Assembly: GCA_964574545.1 (NCBI GenBank)
Contig: CAZNOC010000004.1
Location: 1 to 53,930 of the forward strand
Length of the DNA: 53,930 nt
Source: an uncultured Bifidobacteriaceae bacterium
GTDB taxonomy: Bacteria > Acidobacteriota > Vicinamibacteria > Vicinamibacterales > UBA2999
Direction: 5' to 3'
The notes under the pieces are model-generated. The model ran no database searches. It saw nothing but the letters and a program-made list of their open reading frames with translations, and was not told where the DNA came from. The translations under genes and the position numbers were made by a program. This document shows, in pieces, positions 6,778 through 15,665 of this stretch (position 1 is the first letter of the stretch; each line of letters starts with the position of its first letter).

Positions 6778-9159
6778 TTAGAATCCGACCGACATCCCCA
6801 CGTTCACCTGGCGGAAGGGTCCCGGCTGGATGCCCTGCGGGGCGCGTGAGGCGATATAGATGCGGTCGGCGGCGTTCTTGACGCTGACGAAGGGCGCGAA
6901 GCGGCGTGTGCCGCGGCGGAACTCGTAGCTCGCCGATACGTTCCACAGGCCGTACCCCGGCACGGGGCCGACGGTCCCGTCGGCGGATCCCACGGCACGG
7001 TTCTGGTCGTCGCCAAACTGGTCGCCCACGAAGGTGCCATCCACCTGCACCGCCAGGCCGCGCGCATCACGCCATGCCAGGATGAGCGACGTGACGTGCT
7101 CGGGCGCGTACGGCAGCCGGTGACCGGAGAGCACTCCGCTGTCGAAGCGCGCCGTTGGCAGCCAGGTGTAGCGGACGTCTGCCGACAGCCCGGCTTCGCG
7201 TCCCATCCACCGGGCCATGTCCACGCCTGTGCTGACTTCGATTCCGCGGTGCAGCGTCAACCCCGCGTTGACCAGCGTCGTCGTGGCGCCGCCGGAGAGC
7301 GCGGCGGGGACGATCTGGTTGCTGAAGTCGAGCACGAAGAACGTCGCATCGGCGTGCACGCCACGACGAGGCATCCACCGTGTGCCGACCTCGTAGTTCC
7401 AGCTCCGCTCGGCGTCGAGTTCGAGCGAGACGCCCGAGGCGGTGATGGCATCCTTCACGCGCGGCGGGGCGAATCCACGGTGCGCCCCCGCGAACAGCGT
7501 GAAGGCGTCGTGCGCCGACCATGTGGCGCCCAGGCCCGGCACGACCTCGGTCACGGAGTCGTCGTTGCGGACGTCCACCGGCGTCGGCACGCCGCCGATG
7601 GGCGCGCGCAGAATGTGCCGGGTGAACGCGTAGTGCTCGATGCGGACGCCTGGCGTCAGCGTGACGCGCTCTCCCAGGAAGAGGCGGTTCTGCGCGAATG
7701 CCGACCACGCGTCCGCCGGTCTCCGTTCATCGTCCCGCAGGACACGGACGAGTCCCTCCAGGTCCGAATTGAGCTGCTGATCGATGGCCCGCTCGTACAG
7801 GTAGCGCCCGCCGCCTTCGAACGACTGCCGCACGCCGAAGGCCTGGTGGTCGCGCATGAGGCGGGTCTCGACACCGGCCACGCGGAACTCGCGGTCGCGG
7901 CTGAGGGCATCCGTCCGCAGGTACACCGCGCCTCCCGGCACCGTCGTGTCCCCCGCCACGCCCGCGTACACGCGGCCCGCCGCCGGTGCGCGGTCGAAGT
8001 TCTGCCGTCGCCAGAACCGGGTCGTGTCGTACGCGAAGGCAGTCGTCGTGAGGAACGTCCGGTCGTTGACGACGACACGGTGGTGCAGCGAGCCGAACGC
8101 GCGGCGGACATCGAGCTCGTCGCCTGGCACGGCGTTGTCGTTGGGGTTGACGTCGAACTGCGGCTGCGTGAGGCCGAGGTAGGTGGAGTTCGAGATCTCG
8201 TCGTAGTAGTTGGCTTTGAGCGCCAGTGACTGACGGTCGGTCAGCTGCCAGGTGAGCTTCGTCGAGACATCGTTGATGTTGAAGTCAAAGCGCCGAAAGC
8301 CGTCGCCCTGCTTGCGCAGCGCGCCGGCGAAGACGCCGAGCCGCCCATGGGTGACGCCCCAGGATCCCCGGCCGACGAACAGCCCGCGCTGGCCCGCCGT
8401 CAGGTCCACGTCCGTGCGCTGGCGCAGCGGCGGGTCGGGCGTGACGAAGTTCACGACGCCACCGATGGTCTGGGGGCCGAACAGGATCGAGCCGCTGCCC
8501 TTGACGACCTCGACGCGCTGCATCCGCTCGATGGGCGGGCTGTAATACATCTCCGGTTCGCCGTACGGAGCGAGGGCGAGCGGGAGTCCGTCTTCGAGTA
8601 CCAGCACCTGCCGGCTCCGGTCGGGGTTGAGGCCGCGGATGCCGATGCTGAGGCGCATGGCCGCCTGTCCGGCTTCCTCTCGCACGACGACGCCGGGGAT
8701 CCGGCGCAGGACCTCGTTGGCGTCGAAGGTGTGGCTGCGGGCGAGCTCCTCCCGGGAGATGAGGTCGACCGCCCCGGGCACCTCGCGCAGCCGCTCGGCC
8801 GCTTCCCCGACGACATCGACCTGTGTCTCGCGGGAGCGCAGGGCGACGAACGGGACGGCGACCGCGGTCGTCCGGCCGGCGACAACCGGTACGTCGCGCT
8901 GGACGACGTCAGCGAGGTTGTCGGCCTGTACGCGGAGCGTGTAGCGGCCCTCGTCCAGGCCGTCGATGAGGGCGAGGCCGGTGGCATCGGTGACGGCGTC
9001 GGTCCGGGCTTCGAGGATGGCAACGGTGGCGCCGGCGATCACGAGCCCTGAGGGGTCGAGGACGGTGACGCGGAGGGCGCCGGGCGTCTGGGCGGCGGCG
9101 GCGAGGGGGATCAGGCCGGCGAAGGCGAGGGCGAGGAAGGGACGAAGGAACGAAGCCAC
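6778..9159 (-). CDS. TonB-dependent outer-membrane receptor with N-terminal carboxypeptidase-regulatory-like domain
   Basis: Signal peptide VASFLRPFLALAFAGLIPLAAAAQ. Plug-like segment DANEVLRRIPGVVVRE..LEDGLPL. Long beta-barrel region ending in a terminal F. GTG 9159 has GGAGG 5 nt upstream; the track start at 9171 is a TTG that overlaps that RBS. Confidence 0.9.
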   Translation of the reverse strand: MASFLRPFLALAFAGLIPLAAAAQTPGALRVTVLDPSGLVIAGATVAILEARTDAVTDATGLALIDGLDEGRYTLRVQADNLADVVQRDVPVVAGRTTAVAVPFVALRSRETQVDVVGEAAERLREVPGAVDLISREELARSHTFDANEVLRRIPGVVVREEAGQAAMRLSIGIRGLNPDRSRQVLVLEDGLPLALAPYGEPEMYYSPPIERMQRVEVVKGSGSILFGPQTIGGVVNFVTPDPPLRQRTDVDLTAGQRGLFVGRGSWGVTHGRLGVFAGALRKQGDGFRRFDFNINDVSTKLTWQLTDRQSLALKANYYDEISNSTYLGLTQPQFDVNPNDNAVPGDELDVRRAFGSLHHRVVVNDRTFLTTTAFAYDTTRFWRRQNFDRAPAAGRVYAGVAGDTTVPGGAVYLRTDALSRDREFRVAGVETRLMRDHQAFGVRQSFEGGGRYLYERAIDQQLNSDLEGLVRVLRDDERRPADAWSAFAQNRLFLGERVTLTPGVRIEHYAFTRHILRAPIGGVPTPVDVRNDDSVTEVVPGLGATWSAHDAFTLFAGAHRGFAPPRVKDAITASGVSLELDAERSWNYEVGTRWMPRRGVHADATFFVLDFSNQIVPAALSGGATTTLVNAGLTLHRGIEVSTGVDMARWMGREAGLSADVRYTWLPTARFDSGVLSGHRLPYAPEHVTSLILAWRDARGLAVQVDGTFVGDQFGDDQNRAVGSADGTVGPVPGYGLWNVSASYEFRRGTRRFAPFVSVKNAADRIYIASRAPQGIQPGPFRQVNVGMSVGF

Positions 9160-9177
9160 GGGAACCTCCAAGTAATA

Positions 9178-9194
9178 ATGAGACTCAGTCTCAT
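9178..9194. promoter_or_regulatory. Perfect palindromic operator candidate (7-1-7 architecture, Fur-family-like) at the transcription start region of the TonB receptor
   Basis: ATGAGACTCAGTCTCAT, with core TGAGACT-C-AGTCTCA at 9179-9193. It is embedded in an A+T-rich patch (taataatgagactcagtctcatcttat) between the -10 element and the RBS. Confidence 0.45.
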
Positions 9195-9206
9195 CTTATG
9201 GGGTTC

Positions 9207-9236
9207 ATCGTAAATCCGGACCCCGGAGGTCGTCAA
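9207..9236 (-). promoter_or_regulatory. Sigma70-like promoter for the TonB-dependent receptor
   Basis: The minus strand reads TTGACG (9236-9231), 18-nt spacer, TACGAT (9212-9207). A second small palindrome, ATTCTGAGAAT (9241-9251), lies just upstream of the -35 element. Confidence 0.5.
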
Positions 9237-9256
9237 TCAGATTCTGAGAATGGATC

Positions 9257-10483
9257 TCATTTGGCGGGATCGGCCCGCAATCCGCGCATCGCCAGCAGCC
9301 CCAGCACCGGGCCCGGCACCAGCAGCCACGAGGCGTGCTGCCAGCCCACCACCAGCGCCACGCGCGGCAGCGCCTCGATCGTCACGAGCGTCAGCAGAAA
9401 CCCCAGGCACGTCTGCATCGTCAGCGCGGTGCCGACGTGATCGCGCGGGGCGTGCTCGCTGACGAGCGCCGAGAACTGGGCGGAGTCCGCGACGACCGCA
9501 AACCCCCAGATGGCGAGCACGAGGTAGAGCCACTCGGGCCGCCCGCCGTACACGACGCTCATGCCCGCCGCGCAGAGCGCGCTCGTGCCAAGCGCCCACA
9601 TCGCCACCCGCGCGCGGCCCCACCGGTCGGCCAGCAGTCCGGCCAGCACGCACCCGGCGGTGCCAGACCCGATGGCGAGGAAGGCCGCCAGCGAGCCCGC
9701 GGCGCCCGCGTTGGCCACGCCGGACGCCGAGAGACTGGCGGTGGCGAGCACGCCAACCCAGGTCCACATGGCATAGAGCTCCCACATGTGACCGAGGTAG
9801 CCGAAGGTGGCCAGGCGCGCGCCGCGCACCTGGAAGACGCGCCACACCGCGCGCGGGTCGAAGGGCGACGTCACACTGACGTGCGGGCCATCGCGCACGG
9901 TCAGCAGGACGAGGATGCCGCCCGTCACCGCGAGGGCGGAGGCCAGCAGCATCGGCGATCGCCAGTCGCTGCCGAAGAGGGCCGTCAGCAGGTAGGGGAA
10001 CGCCTTGCCAAGCGTCAGGGCGCCGATCAGGATGCCAAGCGCCAGCCCGCGCCGATCGAGGAACCAGCCGGCGGCGATCTTCATCGCCGGCGGGTAGACG
10101 CACGCGAGCGCCGCGCCGGTGACGGCGCGCAAGGCGATCACCAAACCTGGCGACTCGGTGAGCAGAACGCTCGCGTTGGCGGCGGCGCCGGCGAGGCACC
10201 CCAGGAAGACCAGCCGGCGCGGGTTGATGAGATCGGCGAGGTTGCTGACGGCGCTGCCGAGGGTGCCCGCGACGAACCCGGCCTGCACGGCGAGCGTGAG
10301 CCAGGAGGCCTGTCGAGGGGTGAGCGCCAGCTCGAGGGCGAGCCACGGCGCGACCGCGGTGGCCGAGAACCACAGCGTCATGCCCAGCCACTGCGCCAGC
10401 GCGACCAGCGCGAGCATGCGCCAGGCGTTCGGAGGTTTACCCGATGGGCGGATCACGATACGATCGAGCGCTGGCTCACCCAC
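9257..10483 (-). CDS. MFS transporter
   Basis: About 12 hydrophobic segments across 408 aa with typical MFS topology. The start is uncertain: ATG 10417 (MLALVALAQW) is an alternative that would leave a 68-nt divergent spacer to the M16 peptidase gene. Confidence 0.85.
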   Translation of the reverse strand: MGEPALDRIVIRPSGKPPNAWRMLALVALAQWLGMTLWFSATAVAPWLALELALTPRQASWLTLAVQAGFVAGTLGSAVSNLADLINPRRLVFLGCLAGAAANASVLLTESPGLVIALRAVTGAALACVYPPAMKIAAGWFLDRRGLALGILIGALTLGKAFPYLLTALFGSDWRSPMLLASALAVTGGILVLLTVRDGPHVSVTSPFDPRAVWRVFQVRGARLATFGYLGHMWELYAMWTWVGVLATASLSASGVANAGAAGSLAAFLAIGSGTAGCVLAGLLADRWGRARVAMWALGTSALCAAGMSVVYGGRPEWLYLVLAIWGFAVVADSAQFSALVSEHAPRDHVGTALTMQTCLGFLLTLVTIEALPRVALVVGWQHASWLLVPGPVLGLLAMRGLRADPAK

Positions 10484-10485
10484 GA

Positions 10486-11790
10486 ATGCACATACCCTAC
10501 ACCAAGCGGACGCTCGCCAACGGGCTCGACGTGCTCGTGCACGAGGACCATCACCTGCCGATGGTGGCAGTCAACGTGTGGTACCACGTCGGCTCGAAGA
10601 ACGAGCGCCCCGGCCGCACCGGGTTCGCCCACCTGTTCGAGCACCTGATGTTCGAGGGGTCGGCGCACCATGACAGCGGCTACTTCGAACCGCTCCAGCG
10701 CGCCGGCGCTCTCCTGAACGGTTCGACCAACGCCGATCGCACGAACTACTGGGAGGTGGTGCCGACGGGCGCCCTCAACCTGGCGCTCTGGATGGAGTCG
10801 GATCGCATGGGCCACCTGCTGCCGGCCCTGACCGATGCGAAGTTCAACAACCAGCGTGACGTCGTGCTCAACGAGCGCCGCCAGCACTACGAGAACCGGC
10901 CGTACGGCCTGGCCGGCATCGCCGCGTCGGCCGCCCTCTTTCCCTCCGACCACCCGTATCACTGGATGACGATCGGCTCGGCCGACGATCTGCGGGCGTC
11001 CACGCTCGACGAGGTCAGAGCGTTCTTCCGGGCGTACTACCACCCGGCCAACGCGTCGCTGACGCTGGCCGGCGACGTGGACACGGACGCGGCGTTCGAT
11101 CTGGCCGAGCAGTACTTCGGCGACATCCCCGCGGGCCCCGACGTCGCGCCGGTGGCGCATGCCGCGTCACTCGAAACCACGGCCCGGCTCCGGCTGGACG
11201 ACCGCGTCGAGCTGCCGCGCCTCTATCTGAGCTGGCATTCTCCGGCGATGTTCGCGCCGGGTGACGCCGAACTCGATCTCGCCGCCGACCTCCTGGCGCA
11301 CGGCAAGACCTCGCGCCTCTATCGAGCGCTCGTCTACGAGCAGCGCATCGCGGTGGACGTTGTGGCGTACCAGAGCTCGCGGGAGATGTCGGGCATCTTC
11401 CAGCTGATTGCCACCGCCGCGCCGGGCCACGCTCTCGAGGCCCTCGAGAACGCGATCCTCGCCACGATCGCGGCCGTGGCGGCCGATGGCCCGACGCCCG
11501 GGGAGGTCGAGCGCAGCCTCACCCAGGTCGAGTCCCAGTTCATCTACAGGCTGCAGACGATCGGCGGCTTCGGCGGGAAGTCGGACCAGCTGAACGCCTA
11601 CAACGTGTTCCGCGGCGAGCCAGGCTACTTTGACGCCGACCGTGCGAGGTACCGGTCGGTGACCCCGGGCGCCATGGCGGCGGCCGTCGCGCGATACCTC
11701 GTGGAGGCGCCGCACGTGGCCTTGAGCGTCGTGCCGCACGGCGCGGCGCACCTGGCGCTGCCCGGTTCCGTCCCGGTGCAGGCCTCATGA
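10486..11790 (+). CDS. M16 (pitrilysin) family zinc peptidase, catalytic subunit type
   Basis: Inverted zinc motif HxxEH in GFAHLFEHLMFEGS. The start was chosen at MHIPYTKRTLANGL, the typical M16 N-terminus. Confidence 0.9.
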   Translation: MHIPYTKRTLANGLDVLVHEDHHLPMVAVNVWYHVGSKNERPGRTGFAHLFEHLMFEGSAHHDSGYFEPLQRAGALLNGSTNADRTNYWEVVPTGALNLALWMESDRMGHLLPALTDAKFNNQRDVVLNERRQHYENRPYGLAGIAASAALFPSDHPYHWMTIGSADDLRASTLDEVRAFFRAYYHPANASLTLAGDVDTDAAFDLAEQYFGDIPAGPDVAPVAHAASLETTARLRLDDRVELPRLYLSWHSPAMFAPGDAELDLAADLLAHGKTSRLYRALVYEQRIAVDVVAYQSSREMSGIFQLIATAAPGHALEALENAILATIAAVAADGPTPGEVERSLTQVESQFIYRLQTIGGFGGKSDQLNAYNVFRGEPGYFDADRARYRSVTPGAMAAAVARYLVEAPHVALSVVPHGAAHLALPGSVPVQAS

Positions 11791-13157
11791 GCCGCGTGGA
11801 TCGCTCGACGCTGCCCGCGACGGGTCCGGCGCGGGCATTTCGCCTTCCCCGCATCGAGAAGCGCACCCTCGCCAACGGCCTCGAGATCCGGGCGCTCGAG
11901 CACCGCGCCGTCCCCGTCGTGTCGATGGTCGTGATCCTGCCGGGGGGGTCGTCCGCCGATCCGGCCGGCCGGCCCGGACTCGCCGCGCTCACGGCCGACC
12001 TCATCGACGAAGGCAGCGGCGGACGCGACGCGCTCGAAGTCGCGGACCGTCTCGCGAGACTTGGCGCCGATCTCGACATCGACGTCACCGTGGACGCCAC
12101 CGTCATCTCGATCACGACACTGGCGCGCTGCCTTGGCCCCGCACTCGAGATGCTCGCCGAGATCATCACGGCGCCCACCATCACCGGCGAGGACTTCGCC
12201 CGGGTGCGCAACCTCAGGCTCGACCGCCTGCGCCAGATGCGGGACCACGCGCCGGCCGTCGCCGAACGCGCCTTCGCACGCCTCCTCTACCGCGATCATC
12301 CCTACGGCCACCTCAGCCTCGGGACCGAAGCGTCGCTCGAGGCGACGACCGCGGACGAGGTTCGCGCGTTCCATCAGGGCACGTACGTGCCGGCGGGCGC
12401 GACCCTGGTCATTGCCGGTGATGCCGGCGCCGGAGACCTCCTCGATGCCGGCGCGGGTATCTTCGGAGGATGGGAGGCCCGGGTCTCGACCGCCGACCGC
12501 GCCGCGGCACTGGCACCACCATCGCTCGTGCCGGCCGAACGGCTGGCGGTCGTGCCCCGGCCGGGCGCCGCGCAGTCCGAGCTCCGGATCGGGCACGTGT
12601 GCGCGTCGAGGGACACGCCCGACTATCACGCCCTGCTGCTGCTGAACACGATCCTGGGCGGCCAGTTCGTGAGCCGCATCAACCTCAACCTGCGCGAGGA
12701 CAAGGGCTACACGTACGGGGCGCGCACCGGCATCGACCTCCGGCGAGGCCTGGGCCCATTTGTCCTGCAGGCGAGCGTCCAGACGGAGGTGACGGCGGCC
12801 GCCATCACTGAAGCGATTCGCGAAATCGAGGTGGTCCGCGGTGCCCGTCCGGTGACCGGCCCCGAACGCGATCTCGCGGTGGCCTCTCTGACGCTCGGCT
12901 ACCCGCGCGGGTTCGAGACCGCCCAGCAGGTGGCTCGCTCCGTCGCGCAACTGGCCCTGCACCGGCTGCCCGATTCCTACTTCGAGGACTTCGTGCCGGC
13001 CGTGTCGCAAGTCAGCGTGTCGGAGATCACCAGGGTGGCTCAGGACTACCTCAATCCCTCGCGCCTCGTGACGCTCGTGGTCGGCGATCACGCGGTGATC
13101 GCCGAGTCGCTGTCGACGCTCGATCTCGGCGCACCCGCGGTGCTGGAGACCAAGTGA
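11787..13157 (+). CDS. M16 family peptidase-like protein lacking HxxEH (non-catalytic partner type)
   Basis: ATGA overlap with the upstream M16 gene. The equivalent position reads GLAALTADLIDEGS, with no His-x-x-Glu-His. Confidence 0.85.
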   Translation: MSRVDRSTLPATGPARAFRLPRIEKRTLANGLEIRALEHRAVPVVSMVVILPGGSSADPAGRPGLAALTADLIDEGSGGRDALEVADRLARLGADLDIDVTVDATVISITTLARCLGPALEMLAEIITAPTITGEDFARVRNLRLDRLRQMRDHAPAVAERAFARLLYRDHPYGHLSLGTEASLEATTADEVRAFHQGTYVPAGATLVIAGDAGAGDLLDAGAGIFGGWEARVSTADRAAALAPPSLVPAERLAVVPRPGAAQSELRIGHVCASRDTPDYHALLLLNTILGGQFVSRINLNLREDKGYTYGARTGIDLRRGLGPFVLQASVQTEVTAAAITEAIREIEVVRGARPVTGPERDLAVASLTLGYPRGFETAQQVARSVAQLALHRLPDSYFEDFVPAVSQVSVSEITRVAQDYLNPSRLVTLVVGDHAVIAESLSTLDLGAPAVLETK

Positions 13158-14176
13158 AGGCCGTCCGATTTCACGAGCATGGCGGTCCTGATGTTCTCAG
13201 GTACGAGGACGCTCCCGATCCGGCGCCCGGGCCCGGTGACGCCGTCGTGCGCGTTCGCGCCTGCGCGCTCAACCACCTCGACCTGTGGCAGCGGCGGGGC
13301 ATCGATCGCGTGCGCATTCCCTTCCCGCACATCTCCGGCGCCGACGTCGCCGGCGAGGTCGTCTCGTCGCCGGACGATGGCCTGTCACCGGGCCGACGGG
13401 TCCTGCTGCAGCCCGGGCTGTCGTGCGGGCGGTGTACGGCGTGTCTGGATGGGCACGACAATGACTGCCCGGCCTACGATGTCCTCGGCTATCAGAGCGC
13501 GGGCGGCTACGCGGAGTACGTGTCGCTGCCGGCTCACAACCTGGTGGCCATTCCCGACTCCATCGGGTTCACCGAGGCTGCGGCGTTTCCCCTGACGTTC
13601 CTGACCGCCTGGCACATGCTGGTCACCCGCGCACGCCTTCGCCCCGGCGAGGACGTGCTGGTCCTCGGGGCCGGCAGCGGGGTCGGACAGGCAGCGATCC
13701 AGGTGGCAGTGCTGCACGGGGCGCGCGTGATCGCCACGGCCGGCACGGAAGAGAAGCTGGCGCGCGCCCGAACACTCGGCGCCCACGAGGGGATCAACCA
13801 CCACGCGCAGGACATCCCGGCCGAAGTCCGTCGCCTGACCGACAAGCGCGGAGTGGATGTGGTCGTCGAACACGTCGGCCAGGCGACCTGGGAGCGCAGC
13901 GTGAAGTGCCTCGCCCGCGCCGGCCGGCTGGTCACCTGCGGGGCCACCACCGGGCACGAGGCCCGCCTCGACCTCCGGTTCCTCTTCGGCCGGCAGCTCT
14001 CGCTGCTCGGATCGTACATGGGCACCAAGGCGGAGTTGCTCCGGGCGGCGCAGTTCTTCTTCACGGGCGAACTGCGCCCGGTGGTGGACCGCACGTACCC
14101 GCTGGCGGACGCCGCGGAGGCCCATCGCCGCCTGGAGGCGGGGGACCAATTCGGCAAGATCGTGCTGGAATGCTGA
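13154..14176 (+). CDS. Zinc-binding alcohol dehydrogenase / quinone oxidoreductase family (MDR)
   Basis: GTGA overlap with the upstream gene. Structural-zinc cysteines CGRCTACLDGHDNDC, Rossmann motif GAGSGVGQAAIQVA, and a C-terminal GKIVLE. Confidence 0.9.
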   Translation: MKAVRFHEHGGPDVLRYEDAPDPAPGPGDAVVRVRACALNHLDLWQRRGIDRVRIPFPHISGADVAGEVVSSPDDGLSPGRRVLLQPGLSCGRCTACLDGHDNDCPAYDVLGYQSAGGYAEYVSLPAHNLVAIPDSIGFTEAAAFPLTFLTAWHMLVTRARLRPGEDVLVLGAGSGVGQAAIQVAVLHGARVIATAGTEEKLARARTLGAHEGINHHAQDIPAEVRRLTDKRGVDVVVEHVGQATWERSVKCLARAGRLVTCGATTGHEARLDLRFLFGRQLSLLGSYMGTKAELLRAAQFFFTGELRPVVDRTYPLADAAEAHRRLEAGDQFGKIVLEC

Positions 14177-14279
14177 CCCGGGGGCGGCCTTGCACGTGAC
14201 CGGCCCCCCCGAACTCTTCTCCCCCCGCCATCGTCCAACCTGCTGATCGCGGTGCTATGATCCGACCGATCACTCACCC

Positions 14280-14507
14280 ATGGCCGATGCACGTCGACGC
14301 GCGCGGGGCCCAGGCAACCTGAGTTTCAGCCTCTTCGGCATTGTCGGGTTGCTGGCCGCCATCATCGCCGGTGCGACCATCTGGCTGCTGCTCACCGACC
14401 CGGTGACGGTGGCCGAATCGGTCGACTCGGGCGAGGTGTCGCCGCTCGTCCGCCAGCTCGCCACGGCGCTCTACGGCGCCTTCGTCGGACTGCTCAAGTA
14501 CCTGTAG
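14280..14507 (+). CDS. Small hypothetical membrane protein (75 aa)
   Basis: One clear TM segment (FSLFGIVGLLAAIIAGATIWLLL). G/C-biased third positions. Extended -10-like TGCTATGAT at 14253-14261. No obvious SD. Confidence 0.45.
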   Translation: MADARRRARGPGNLSFSLFGIVGLLAAIIAGATIWLLLTDPVTVAESVDSGEVSPLVRQLATALYGAFVGLLKYL

Positions 14508-14512
14508 GTTCC

Positions 14513-14592
14513 GAGTTCAAGCCCCCGGTGTGCGGAGCCCCGGTGCGGCCGCAGACTGTCTTTGAACTGTGAACTGACAACTGACAACTGCA
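14513..14592. repeat. Degenerate copy of the TTCAAG/CTTTGAAC-core palindromic element, with a heptad array on the right arm
   Basis: GAGTTCAAG (14513-14521) .. CTTTGAACTG (14560-14569), followed by gaactga caactga caactgc. An internal direct repeat CCCCGGTG(T)GCGG occurs twice. Confidence 0.7.
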
Positions 14593-14609
14593 AGACTCGT
14601 CGAGAGTGT

Positions 14610-15665
14610 CTAGAGCTTCCTGGACAGGAACCTCTGAAGGTAGTACGCGTCGAGGTACTTGAAGGGGGTCACCCCGGTGCTGTAGTGCCCGCAGGGCAGC
14701 ATCGCCACTTCGTGGTCGAGTCCCCGCCGCGCGAACTCCGCAATGAGCTGCCGCGACAGGTCCATCGGGAACGTCAGGTCGTAACGCGCGTACACGAGCA
14801 GCGTGCGCAGCCGTGAGGCGCGATCGAGGTGGGACCAGGGACTGAGCGGCTTCCAGACCTCGCGCAGGCCCTCGAGGTCGATGTGTCCCTCGAGCCCGGC
14901 ACGGACGTGCGCGGTCGAGAGTCCCCGCCACACGACATCGGCGAAGAAGGGGGACACGTGGTTCAGGGCCTGCACCCGCACCAGCGGCTCGTGACACGCG
15001 GTGAGCGTTGCCAGGCACGACCCCAGACTGGTGCCCAGCACGCCTATCCGCTCGAATCCCTGTGCGTGCAGCCACCACACCGCGCGCCTGGCGTCGAGCA
15101 CGGCCTGCCGGCAGACTTGCAGGGTGCGTCCGACGTTGGCGCTGAGAACGTAATCGGCGCGTCGCAGTTCCGGTGGCATCCTGACGTCATGATAGGGAAG
15201 GCTCAACCGCAACGCGCTGAGGCCGGACCGTGCCAGCAGGCGGCACAACCCGACATGGCCGTCCGCGTCGGAGTTCCACTGGGGCAGCACGACGACCGCC
15301 CGTCGAGGCGCTGACGCGCGGCCCCGTCGCCACGGTTGCGCCGGAAACAACCTGGCGGTCACGGTGTTGTTCTCGGGGTGAGGCGTCTCGAGGGCGCTCG
15401 GGAACCGGAGGGTGCCGGCGCCGGGTCGGTCGCCCTCGCCCCCGGTCTCGCCGGTGAACTCGTACTCGGCTGTCGGCGCGGGCGTGAAGAAGCGGTCCGT
15501 GTCCGCCATCGCCTCCGCGGACCAGGCGAGCACCGCCTCGCCCGGCGGGGAGCCGCGATCGTGGCCGGGCAGCCAGTCGAGTCCCCATTCGAACGGCCGC
15601 ACGACGCGGTCGGTGCTGACGGATGCGAGACGCGCCTCCCAGGCGTGGAAGACCCTGGCGATCAT
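14610..15665 (-). CDS. Alpha/beta hydrolase (ABHD18/DUF2048-like)
   Basis: The ATG at 15665 overlaps the amidase TGA (ATGA). Nucleophile elbow GTSLGS. The family name is from memory of similar bacterial proteins. Confidence 0.8.
   Translation of the reverse strand: MIARVFHAWEARLASVSTDRVVRPFEWGLDWLPGHDRGSPPGEAVLAWSAEAMADTDRFFTPAPTAEYEFTGETGGEGDRPGAGTLRFPSALETPHPENNTVTARLFPAQPWRRGRASAPRRAVVVLPQWNSDADGHVGLCRLLARSGLSALRLSLPYHDVRMPPELRRADYVLSANVGRTLQVCRQAVLDARRAVWWLHAQGFERIGVLGTSLGSCLATLTACHEPLVRVQALNHVSPFFADVVWRGLSTAHVRAGLEGHIDLEGLREVWKPLSPWSHLDRASRLRTLLVYARYDLTFPMDLSRQLIAEFARRGLDHEVAMLPCGHYSTGVTPFKYLDAYYLQRFLSRKL

Noticed and set aside
9178-9194. Calling the palindrome a bona fide Fur box.
   Set aside because: Only the 7-1-7 architecture and 5 of 7 positions per half-site match the Fur consensus, and the regulator is unknown. 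It is kept as a generic metalloregulator-type operator candidate.
14177-14212. A terminator hairpin after the dehydrogenase gene (GGGGGCGGCC..CCGGCCCCC).
   Set aside because: Only the G5:C5 run pairs cleanly and the remainder mismatches, so it is not convincing.
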